Shown: piece by piece, positions 52,395 to 64,000 of the stretch
How the letters are laid out: the number at the start of each line of letters is the position of its first letter
How positions within the stretch are numbered: position 1 is the stretch's first letter
Notes under the pieces: generated by a model
What the model was told of the DNA's origin: nothing
Seen by the model: the letters and a program-made list of their open reading frames with translations, nothing else
Database searches by the model: none
Program-made: the position numbers and the translations under genes
DNA from: Heptranchias perlo
Lineage: Eukaryota
Assembly (NCBI RefSeq): GCF_035084215.1
Contig: NW_027138483.1
Location: forward strand, 310,001-374,000
DNA length: 64,000 nt
Direction: 5' to 3'

Positions 52395-54385
52395 GCTCGT
52401 GCTTACTCTACTTTTGCAGGACTGGAGGAATAGCTACTGCTTTGAAACCAGTGCTGATACTACATGTGCAGCACTCGTGATATATCTACTGCTGGCGCAC
52501 CAGGGCTGACCCTACTTTTGATGCACTGGTTGTATACCTACTGCTGTGACACCAGTGCTCACTCTACCAGTGTCGCATTAATGTTATACCTACTGCTGTT
52601 ACACCAATGATCACTCCACTAGTGTCGTACTAATGTTATACCTACTGCTGTGACACCAGTGATCACTCTACTAGTGTCGTACTAATGTTATACCTACTGC
52701 TGTGACACCAATGATCACTCTACCAGTGTCGCATTAATGTTATACTGACTGCTGTTACACCAGTGATAACTCTACTAGTGTCGTACTAATGTTCTACCTA
52801 TTGCTGTGACACTAGTGATCACTCTACTAGTGTCGCACTAATGTTATACCTACTGCTGTGACACCAGTGATAACTCTACTAGTGTCGTACTAATGTTATA
52901 CCTATTGCTGTGACACCAATGATCAATCTACCAGTGTCGCATTAATGTTGTACCTACTGCTGTGACACCAGTGATAACTCTACTAGTGTGGTTCTAATGT
53001 TATACCTATTGCTGTGACACCAATGATCACTCTACTAGTGTCGCATTAATGTTATACCTACTGCTGTGACACCAATGATAACTCTACTGGTGTCGCACTA
53101 ATGTTATACCTACTGCTGTGACACTAGTGATTACTCGACTAGTGTCGCACTAATATTATACCTGCTGCTGTGACACGATTGATCACTCTACCAGTGTCGC
53201 ACTAATGTTATACCGGCTGCTGTGACACGATTGATCACTCTACTAGTGTCTCACTAATGTTATACCGGCTGATGTGACACGATTGATCACTCCACTAGTG
53301 TCGCACTAATGTTATACCTACTGCTGCGACAGCAGTGATCAATATGCTAGTGTCACACTGATGTTATACCTACTGCTGTGACACTAGTGATCACTCTACT
53401 AGTGTCGCACTAATGTTAAACCTACTGCTGTGACACCAATGATCACTCTACTAGTGTCGCATTAATGATATAACTACTGCTGTGACACCAGTGATCACTG
53501 TACTCGTGTCGCACTAATGTTATACCTGCTGCTGTGACACGAGTGATTACTCGACTAGTGTCGCACTAATATTATACCTGCTGCTGTGACACGATTGATC
53601 AATCTATTAGTGTCGCACTAATGTTATACCGGCTGATGTGACACGATTGATCACTCCACTCGTGTCGCACTAATGTTAAATCTACTGCTGCGACAGCAGT
53701 GATCAATCTGCTAGTGTCACACTGATGTTTTACCTACTGCTGTGATACCAGTGATCACTCTACTCGTGTTGCACTAATGTTATACCTACTGCTGTGACAC
53801 TAGTCATCACTCTACTATTGTCGTACTAATGTTATACCAACTGCTGCGACAGTAATGATGAACCTACTAGTGTCGCACTAACGTTATACCTGCTGCTGTA
53901 CACGAGTGATTACTCGACTAGTGTGGCACTAATATTATACCTGCTGCTGTGACACGATTGATCACTCTACTAGTGTCGCACTAATGTTATACTGGCTGAT
54001 GTGACACGATTGATCATTCCACTAGTGTCGCACGAATGTTATACCGGCTGCTGTGACACGATTGATCACTCCATTAGTGTCACACTAATGTTATAGCTAC
54101 TGCTGCGACAGCAGTGATCAATCTGCTCGTGTCACACTGATGTTATACCTACTGCTGTGACACTAGTGATCACTCTACTCGTGTCGCACTAATTTAAACC
54201 TACTGCTGTGACACCAGTGATCACTCTACTAGTGTCACACTGATGTTATACCTACTGCTGTGATACCAGTGCTGACTCTACTTTTGCAGCAATGTAGTTC
54301 TAGCTACTGTTGGTACCCCAGTGCTGACTCTGCTTTTGTCGCACTGATGTTATACCTACTACTGTGACACAAGTGCTGACGCTGC
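52395..54385. repeat. 52-bp minisatellite (mirror copy)
   Basis: Reverse complement of 6610-8600. Confidence 0.95.
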
Positions 54386-55009
54386 TGTGGACTGGAAGTC
54401 TTATCTTTAAAGTAATTTGCAAAAGAACCAGATAGGTGATACAAAGCTTTATTTTACGCAAGGAGTTGTTATTTTCTGGAATGCACTGCCTGAAAGGGCG
54501 GTGGAAGAAGATACAATGACAACTCTCAAAAGGAAATTGGATAAATACTTGAAAAAAATGTAGGGCTCTGAAGGAAGAGCAGAGGAGTGGGACTAATTGG
54601 ACAGATCGTTCAACGAGCCGGCACAGGCATGATGGGTCTTCTACTGTGCTGTAAGTTTCTATGATTCTGTGATTTTATGAACAGTCTCCGGCCAAAAATG
54701 AAATTAAATTGCGGTCAAACATGTGTCACATTCTTTACCTCTGATCACTGATTCCCTGCCAGGCCGATCGAATGTATTCAATTTTACAAATCGGAAGGAA
54801 GCCATTTTGCCCATCAACCCTGTGCCGCCTCATTGGAGGAGCCATCCATTCATTCCGAGCCCTCTGATTTATTGAATTATAATTCATTGAGCTGCAGGCT
54901 CTGATCTTCCACGCTCGGACACAAAATATCACATGGGTAGAGCGCATATTGGAAAATCGAGCGAGAATGAACACATGCCTGGAAGTGAACCCGGAGCCCG
55001 CCTGAAAAG

Positions 55010-57050
55010 GGAACCTAATGTTAAGGTTATGCTGCCTTCTTCTGGACTCCCCCACCAGAGGAAATAGTTTCTCTCTACCTACCCTCTCAAATCCTTTAAT
55101 CATCTTAAACACCTCAAGTAGATCACACTTTAATCTTCTATATTCAAGGCAATTCAAGCCTAGTCTATATAACCTGTACTCATAATTTAACCCTTTAAGT
55201 CCCGCTATCATTCTGTTGAATCTGCACTGCGCCGCCTCCAAGAGAAATATAGCCTTCCTGAGGTGCAGTGCCTTGAACTGAATGCAATACTCCAGATGGG
55301 GTCTAACCAGAGCTCTATACGAGAGCAATAGCATAATTTGCATCACTTGGTATTGCAGCCCTGTTGAGATAAAGGCCACCATTCCATTCTCCGTTTTAAT
55401 TATTTTTATCTGTACTTGTCCATTAGTTTTAAGTGATTTCTGTACGTGTGCCTCTAAATCTCTATGCTCATCCACAGTTCCTAGCTTCTTGCCATGTTAA
55501 AAATACTCTGCTCTTTCTTTCTTAGGTCCAAAGTGGATGACCTCACACTTTCCTACCCTGAATTCCATCTGCCATCATTTTGCCCACTCATTTAATGTAT
55601 CAATGTCCCTTTGCAACGTACTGCTCCCATCCACACTGTTTAATGTGGCACCTAACGTAGTGTCGTCAACAAACTTAGATATACGGTTTGCTATTCCTTC
55701 ATCGAAGTAATTTATAAATATAATGGAACGCTAAGGTTCCATTACAGATCCCTGGGCGACAACAATAGCCATCTCTTGCCAATTTGAGCACATACCCATT
55801 GTCCCTAATCTCTGCCTCCTACCATCTATCCAATTCCCTATCCAGCGAATAAATTGACTACAATTTCACGCACTCTCATTATTGTTAACAGTCTGTTATG
55901 TTGTGCCTTGCCAAATGCCTTCTGTAAGTCCATATAAATAACATTCATATTCACTCCCTTTTGTACCACATTTGTTACCTCCTCAAAAATTCAGCTAGGT
56001 TTGTTAGACATGACTTACCTTTTACAAGTCCACGTTGTCTCTCTCTGATCCGCTCATATTTGTCGAAATCCTCAGTCACTCCTTCCCGAATGCCAGATTC
56101 CAGTAACTGCTCCACAACTGACGTTTGATTAATAGGCCTGTAATTTCGTCATTTATCTCTCCTACCCGACTTAAATAATGGAGTGGCATTGGCAGTTTTC
56201 CAATCCATGGGGACAATTCTTGAATCGAGAACATCAATAATTTCCTCGCCTACTTCTTTTAATACGTAGGGTCCTGGAGATTTGTCTATCTTTAATCACA
56301 TTAGTTTCTCCATCACCATTTTTGAACTTATATTAGATCTAGTAATTTCCTCCCGTTGATTTATTTTCCATTTTCCTTGTATCGTTGATCCGATATTCCC
56401 AATTACATTATCACCTGCGTCTGTCATTATGGGCCATGTTACTACTCGCCACCCTCTTTCTCTTAATAGATTTGTAAAAACAGTTATTGTTTTCCTTGAT
56501 ATCCCTCGCAAGCTTTATCTTGCATTCCCTTTTTGCAAACCTTACCTCTTTCCTTGTATCCCTTTGCTGTTCTTTATATGTCTCTCAGTCCACGGGATGT
56601 TTACTGTGCTTTGCGTTCATGTAAGCCCTTACTTTTAGTTTCATTCCATATCTCACTTCCCTTGCTGACCAAGATTGTTTAATTACACACGTAGAGCTGT
56701 TGCCCCTGACGGGGGTGTACAGGTTTTGTATTCGAGCAAATGCTTCTGTGAATGCCTTCCACTTTTCATCCATAGTTCTCTCCGTTAATAGTTTTGCCCA
56801 GTCTATTGTGTTCAATTCCGACTTCATCTCTCCAAATTCAGCCTTAACTAAATGGATCACCTTAGTTCGTGACTCACCTTTCTTATTTTCATGCCTAATA
56901 TCGAATTCTATCATATAAAGGTCAGTGTTAGCGAGGTGTTCCCTTACCGTAAGATTATTGACTCATTCAAGCTTATTTCTAATCTCTGATCTGAATCTGG
57001 CCCGTTTCGTTGTTGGTTCAAGAACATATTGTTCCAGAAAACTGTCGCAA
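55010..57050 (-). mobile_element. Degenerate CR1 ORF2 fragment (mirror copy)
   Basis: Reverse complement of 3945-5985. Confidence 0.88.
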
Positions 57051-57353
57051 AGGTGAAACTTCATAATTTATTTAAAAATCATTATGAAAGTGAAAAGACG
57101 AAACCTCAATAATTATTCACACATATAAACATTGGAAAAAGTGCAAACACGACATCCTAACATCAATTCAGAAGTGTTAATAAAAAACGAAATTACACAA
57201 TTATTTCAAGATTTTAACGTTGGAAAAGTGCAAACAAGAAAATTGAACAATTTTCAAAAAAACTCTGTCAGCTGCCTCCCCCACCCAACTCCCCTCTCCC
57301 TCAGTGGACGACAGGGAAGAGAAAGTGGAGTTAATAGAGACAAAAATGATGTT

Positions 57354-60300
57354 CATAAGAACATAAGGACAGAAGAAATAGAAGCAGGAGTAGGCCCTTC
57401 GAGCCTGCTCCGCCATTCAATAAGTTCATGGCTGATCTGATGCTAATCTCAAATCTAAATTTATGTCCAATTGCCCGCCCGCTCCCCGTAACCCCTAATT
57501 CCCTTTACTTCTAGGAAAATGTCTATTTATGTTTTAAATTTATTTAATGATGTCGCTTCCACAGCTTGCTGGAGCAGCAAATTCCACAGACCTACTACCC
57601 TCTGAGTGAAGAAGTTTCTCCTCATCTCAGTTTTGAAAGAGCAGCCCCTTATTCAAAGATTATGCCCCCTAGTTCTAGTTTCACCCATCCTTGGGAACAT
57701 CCTTACCGCATCCACCCGATCAAGCCCCTTCACAATCTTATATGTTTCAATAAGATCGCCTCTCATTCTTCTGAACTCCAATGAGTAGAGTCCCAATCTA
57801 CTCAACCTCTACTCATATGTCCGCCCCCTCATCCCCGGGATTAACCGAGTGAACCTTCTTTATACTGCCTCGAGAGCAAGTATGTATTTTCTTAAGTATG
57901 GAGACCAAAACTGTATGCAGTATTCCAGGTGCGGTCTCACCAATACCTTAAATAACTGCAGCAATACCTCCCTGTTTTTATATTCTATCTCCCGAGCAAT
58001 AAAAGCCAACATTCCGTTGGCCTTCTTGATCACCTGCTGCACCTGCATACTATCTTTTTGATTTTCTTGCAGTAGGAATGAATCCCAGATTCCTTTGAAC
58101 TGCAGTACTTTCCAGTTTCTTGCCTTTAAGATAATAACTTTCTCTCTGATTTTTCCTGCCTCACATTTTCCAATATTGTATTGCATCTGCCAAATCTCCG
58201 CCCACTCACCAAGCCTGTCGAGATCCCATAGTAGGTTTTTTATGTCCTCCTCACTCTCCACTTTCCCTGCCATCTTTGTATCATCTGTAAACTTTGATAT
58301 ATTATACTCTGTCCCCTCCTCCAAATCGTTAAAATAAATTGTAAAGAGTTGGGGGCCCAGCACCGACCCCTGCGGAACACCACTGGCTACTGGTTGCCAG
58401 TCCGAGAATGAACCATTTATCCCTACTCTCTGCTTCCTGTTAGAAAACCAATCCTCCACCCATGCCAGAATATTACCGCCAATCCAGTGATTATTAATCT
58501 TGAGCAATAATCTTTTATGTGGTACCTTGTCGAATGTCTTCTGGAAGTCTAAATACACTGCGTCCACTGGTTCCCCTTCATCCACCCTGTACGTTATGTT
58601 TTCAAAGAACTCAAGCAAATTTGTCAGACATGACTTCCCCTTCGTAAAGCCATGCTGACTTTGTCCTATTAAATTGTGTTGATCCAAATGTTCTGCTACT
58701 GTCTCCAAAATTTTACCCACCAAAGATGTTAGGCTAACTGGTCTATAATTTTCAGCCTTCTGCCTAATACTCTTTTGAAATAAGGGTGTTACATTCGCAG
58801 TTTTCCAATCTGCCGGGACCTTTGCCGAGTCCAGAGAATTTTGGAAAATTATTACCAAAGCATCCACAATCCCTACTGCCACTTCCCTCAAGACCCCAGG
58901 ATGTAAGCCATCAGGCTCAGGGGATTTATACGCCTTGAGTCCCATTAATTTACTGAGTACCAATTCCTTAGTGATTTTAATCGTATTTAGCTCCTCCTCC
59001 CCAGAGTCCCCTGTTTGTCCAGTGTTTTGATATTCTTAGTGTCCTCTACCATAAAGACTGAAACAAAATATTTGTTCAGCATTTTTGCCATCTCCATGTT
59101 TCCCACCATTAATTTCCCGGTCTCATCCTCGAAGGGACCTACGTTTACCTTATCCACCCTTTTTCTTTTTATATAACTGTAGAAACTCTTGCTATCTGTT
59201 TTTATATTTTTTGCTAATTTATTTTCAAAATCTATATTTCCTTTCTTAATCAATCCTATAGTTACTTTTTGCTGTCTTTTGAAGACTTCCCAATCTTCTC
59301 TCCTCCCACTAGGTTTGGCTACCTTTTATGTCCTTGTTTTTAGTCGGATACTATCCTTAATTTCTTAACTTAGCCACGGATGTCTGTCATTTCTTTTACA
59401 CCCTTTTTTCCTCAGTGGAATATATATTTTTTGAAAGTTGTAAAATAACTCCTTAAATGTACACTACTGTTCATGTACCGTCTTACCCTTTAATCTATTT
59501 TCCCAGTCCACTTTAATCAATTCCGCTCTCATACCATCATAGTCTCCTTTATTCAAGCTCAGTACGCTTGTTTGGGAACCAACCTTCTCACCCTCTAATT
59601 GTATATGGAATGTAACCATGTTATGGTCACTCATTTCAAGGGGATCCATAATTGTGACATTATTTATTAATCCTGGCTCATTACACAAGACCAGGTCGAC
59701 GGTTGCTTTACCCCTAGTAGGATCAGTTACATACTGCTCAAGAAATCCATCCCGAATACATTCAATAAACTCTTCCTCAAGGCTGCCGTGCCCAATTTGA
59801 TTTGTCCAGTTAATATCATAGTTAAAATCCCCCATAATTATAGCTGTTCCCTTATTACATGCCCCGACTATTTCCTGATTAATACTTCTTCCAGCAGAGT
59901 TGCAACTATTAGGAGGCCTATATACTACGCCCATTAGTGTTTTTTCCCCTTATTATTCCTTATCTCTACCCAAATTTTTTCATTATCTTGATCCTTTGTC
60001 CCAATATCATTTCTCTGTATTACAGTGATTCCTTCCTTTATTAACATAGCCACCCCACCTCCCCTTCCTTCCTGCCTGTCCTTCCTGATTGTTAAATACC
60101 CTGGCATATTTAATTCCCAGTCGTTGTCACCCTGCAGCCATGTTTCTGTTTTGGCCACATGATCATACCCATATTTGTGCCGCTAACTCGTCCATTTTGT
60201 TACGAATTCGACTTGCATTCAGACAAAGAACTTTCAATTATGTTTTGTGAGACTTAGATCCTGCTTTTTCCTTTTTTAACACTTTACCTTTTACTCCATA

Positions 60301-61400
60301 CCTTCTGTCCCTTCCTGACACGCTTTCCTCTGTCTCCCTGCTCAGGTTCCCAACCTCCTGCCACAGCTTTGATGCTGGGTTAATCGCCTTACGCCTCCTT
60401 GTTTTTATTTTATCTGTCGTGCCAAGAGTACACTTTTTTTCTGCTGCTCTACGCTTTTCCCTTTCACTTGTTCCTGAACAACTGTTTGTACTATTTGTAT
60501 TGTAGATTTCCCCTCTCTTGTTGCTCTCAACTTCATTCCCTTGTGACTCCCCGCTCAGGTTCCCATCCCCCTGCCACTCTAGTTTTAACCTTTCCAACAG
60601 CACTAGCCATCACCCCCGCGAGGACATTGGTCCCGGTCCTGCTCGGGTTCAACCAGTCATGCTTGTACAGGTCCCACCTTCCCCAGAAGCGGTCCCAATG
60701 TCCCAGGAATCTAAATCCCTCCCTCCTACACCATCCCTGCAGCCACACATTCATCCTGTCTATTCTCATGTTCCTATACTCACTATAATGTGGCACCGGT
60801 AGTAATCCTGAGATCACTACCTTTGAAGTCCTGCATTTTAATTTATCTCCTAACTCCTTAAATTCACCTTGCAGGACCCCATCCCTTTTTTAAATATGTC
60901 GTAGGTACCAATATGGACCACGACGACTGGCTGTTCACCCTCCCCCTCCAGAATGCCCTGCAGCCGCTCCGTGACATCCTTGACCCCAGCACCAGGGAGG
61001 CAACATACCATCCTGGAGTCACGTTTGGGGCCGCAGAAACGCCTATCTGTTCCCCTTACAATTGAATCCTCCATCACTATAGCCCTGCCACTCTTCTTCC
61101 TCCCCTCCTGTGCAGCAGAGCCACCCGTGGTGCCACGAACGTGGCTCTTGCTGCTTTTCCCTGATAAGCCATCTCCCCCAACAGTATCTAAAGCAGAATA
61201 TCTGTTTGAGAGGGAGATGGCCCCTGGAGACTCCTGCTCTACCTGCCTTGTCCTTGTACTCTGCCTGGCGGTCACCCATTTACTTTCTGCCTGCGTAGTC
61301 CTTACCTGCGGTGTGACCACCTCACTGAACGTGCTATCCACGATAGTCTCAACATCGCGGATGCTCCACAGTGAATCCACCCGCAGCTCCAGCTCCTACT
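57354..61400 (-). mobile_element. CR1 LINE with most of ORF1 (SGNH esterase-like) and ORF2, disabled, apparently 5'-truncated near 61400
   Basis: ORF 60850-61380 has SNRYSAL, AIVMEDSIVRG, VCCLPGAGVKD and VVVHIGT; ORF2 motifs as in 1-3641. Confidence 0.95.
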
Positions 61401-62159
61401 CTCTCAAGGCACCCCACTTTCCCCAGTGCCCTGATGAACTCTTCTATCTGCTTCCCCCTGCACTGTCTGCCAGTCACTGTAGATTGCACGTCTACCAGCG
61501 GTGTGCTGGAGGAATGTAGGTCTGATGAGCCTTTGGCCTGTGACTTGCCGACTCTTATGGCCATCTGTCTCTGGAGCAGGGATGCTGCTGCCTGCATTCT
61601 AGGATTGAGGTCCTAAGCTGCTTCGTGCAGTGTGCCGTGTGTAGCTGACAACATGCCTGCTGCTGTAAAGATGTGTGATATTTACTCGGCAGCTGATTCG
61701 ATATCGCGCATTCTGAACTATTGCCCACAGATAGACTTAACCCCGGTGAACTGCAATAAGAATATCATTGGGAATCCGTCAACGCTTCAAACATGCAGCA
61801 ACAAAAGTGAGATTGTCTATGGTGGGTCTTGAAGCTCAACCCTTTTATCGAACTGGAGCACTCAGTAATAAATTCAGCTTTTATAATATCCGGCATTAGT
61901 TCCAGTCTATTAACCAGGAAGTAGCGATATTCCAGTTCAGCGCAATACTGGACCGCAAATGGAGCAATGACGCAACTCAGCCCATGAAATTTTGTCCATT
62001 CAAGTTAAGGAATGTGAAATCAGACCGTTCATTGTGCGCTCTGGGCTCTCCCGGGACCACTGAAGTGAACATCCTCCCCACTCATTTTGTAATTCTGTGG
62101 AACATTTATAAAGATTCAAACATTGTTTGCAACGTGAAAGTTGTATTCGTGTATCCCGG

Positions 62160-63080
62160 GTGCTGACCCTACTCGAGTATTTTGGTGGTGATCCTGCACT
62201 ACCGTTATCGGCGCAGATCCTTCTCGAAAATGACTGATCTTCACAAAACTCTTGCATTTCTGCAAGGCGACCTTCCTACTTCAGTACTGCTGATGACCAC
62301 ATACTTGCAGTGGAGCTCCTATCGATGTTCTTCAATGAACTGGTGGTGATCCTCCTCTTGTATTGTTGGTGGTGATTCGATTCCTGCGGAACTGGCGGTG
62401 ATCCTCCTCTTGTATTTTGGTGGTGATACGACTCCTGGAGTACTGGCGGTGGCCGCCGTCTAACATTAATAATGAAGGTTTTATTCTGACAGCGTTTGCC
62501 GGTCACAATACTCTGATAGAAGCTCTAATCATCTCCTCTTGCATGATTTGTGTTGAGATTACTCTTTCATTGGTCGTGGTGAAGATAACGTCACAGTGCT
62601 GATGATGACTCCACTCCACCAGTGCTAGTGGTCACCTTCGTGTTGCAGCATTATTGACGACCCTATTCTTACAGTAAAGGTGGTGCCTCCAATCTCGCTG
62701 TCGCTGTGGTCACTGTACTCTTCCAATCTGAGTGATAACCTTGCTTTTACAGTGTGGGCGGTGAGCCTAACTTACAACACTGCCGGTCGCCTTATTTTTG
62801 CAAACTGTTGTTGTTTCTATTAATACAGGTGGTATCAGTACACATGCACCATTGGAGGCGACAGTAACATTGCAGTACTGAAGGCAAATGAAATTTGCAG
62901 TATCCTTGGTGACAACACACATGCAGCACCGATGGTGACCCAACGGTGACATTAATTGTGCTCACCCTATTCGTACAGTAATAATACCCACACTGCTGCA
63001 AACGTAACGGTAGTGACCCTGCTCTCGAGATACAAGTGGTGATCTTACGTTCGCAGGGCAGCTGGTGACTCTACTCCCAG
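62160..63080. repeat. Highly degenerate ~26-bp (52-bp dimer) tandem repeat
   Basis: tggtggtgatcctcctcttgtatt recurs near 62341 and 62393; ggtggtga/ggtgacc cores recur throughout. Confidence 0.6.
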
Positions 63081-63674
63081 TCATGTCTAATCATGTCCAG
63101 CTTGTAGCCATGTCCCGATTTGCAGTCTGGTGCTCAGATATAGTAGGAATAAAATATCCGCATTGTCCAGTTAAGTTTTGAAACTACATTTAGCGACCAT
63201 CTTTTCTGACTCATTTGATCGTGCGGCCGCATAAATAACATGGGGGAATCTCTCCTGGTGCTTCCCAAGCCTAACTCCATTGGGGTTACTGCAGCCCCTG
63301 TGCCTGGCACGGCTTACTGTCACTTGCTGAGCGGTTTGGTCTTTAAGTTCAATTCCCACAATGCCCGAGTGATTCAGGCTTTGCACTCAAGGCCACATCT
63401 GCAACCAGTGTTTGTTCGACCAGCCTCGATGTATATCAGGAGTGAATATCTGAGAAACACTGACTCGGCCTGATTCCTCCCAGTATCGACGTTGGAAGCT
63501 GACTTGGGAAATGGCTCGGGTCACGTTTCTTCATTTTTTGTTCATTTCTTCATTTATTCGAAATGTCTCTTGATTATCAGGAATTCGTACAATTAAGGTT
63601 CTGTGACGTTGAAGCTGAACGAACAGTCTGATATATATATGGAACCTTCCCTTCCATTGAAGCACATGTGATTA

Positions 63675-64000
63675 AACGGACAGTGGTTTTTTGGGACCAC
63701 TGCTCTTTCTGATTTATATTAATGACCTGGACTTGGGTGTCGAGGGCATAATTTCAAAGTTTGCAGCTGACACGAAACTCGGAAATGCAGTAAACATTCA
63801 GGAGAACAGTAAAAGGCTTCAGGAGGATGTAGACAGATTGTTGAAATGGGCAGACACATGGCAGATGAAATTTAAGGTATGGAAGTGTGAAGTGATTCAC
63901 TTTGGGAGGAAGAATGAGGAGAGGCAATATAAACTAAATTTTAAACTCTTAATGGTGCCGCAGCAGCAGACAGATCTGGGGTATACGTACAAATGTCCTT
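63675..64000 (+). mobile_element. CR1 RT fragment
   Basis: Encodes LGPLLFLIYINDLD, ISKFAADTK, WADTWQMKF and CEVIHFG. Confidence 0.88.

Larger units (their letters stand above)
32997..60994 (-). repeat. Right arm of the giant inverted repeat, 144 bp shorter than the left arm
   Basis: Reverse complement of 1-28142. Starts ggccaatgaactttag at 32997; window position 1 maps to 60994. Confidence 0.98.

Noticed and set aside
1-60994. Pure fold-back sequencing chimera
   Set aside because: A 4.85-kb unique spacer, substitution-type differences and whole-unit VNTR differences are not expected from one molecule read twice. A haplotype mis-join is still not excluded.

Overview
Eukaryotic DNA, most likely from a cartilaginous fish (inferred from the CR1 LINE style and the GPR139-like receptor type). 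Most of the window is one giant near-perfect palindrome: left arm 1-28142, right arm 32997-60994, unique spacer 28143-32996 (4854 bp). The arms may extend beyond the left edge. They differ by scattered SNPs and by 3 units (144 bp) of a 48-bp minisatellite. Each arm carries two intact two-exon class A GPCR genes of a GPR139/GPR142-like type: A and B on +, B' and A' on -. A and B are about 78% identical in protein by hand count. B and B' have identical exon 2 sequence, while A and A' differ by three nonsynonymous changes. The ORF track mis-starts these genes inside their introns; the real start is a 70-nt exon 1. Each gene lies in an older duplicated cassette: CR1 3' tail, 47-49 bp satellite, TATA promoter, gene, ~1 kb 3' flank. 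The rest is decayed CR1 LINE copies and several apparently related minisatellite arrays (26, 47-49 and 52 bp), plus a distinct 38-bp array in the spacer. All comparisons were made by eye; repeat boundaries are approximate.
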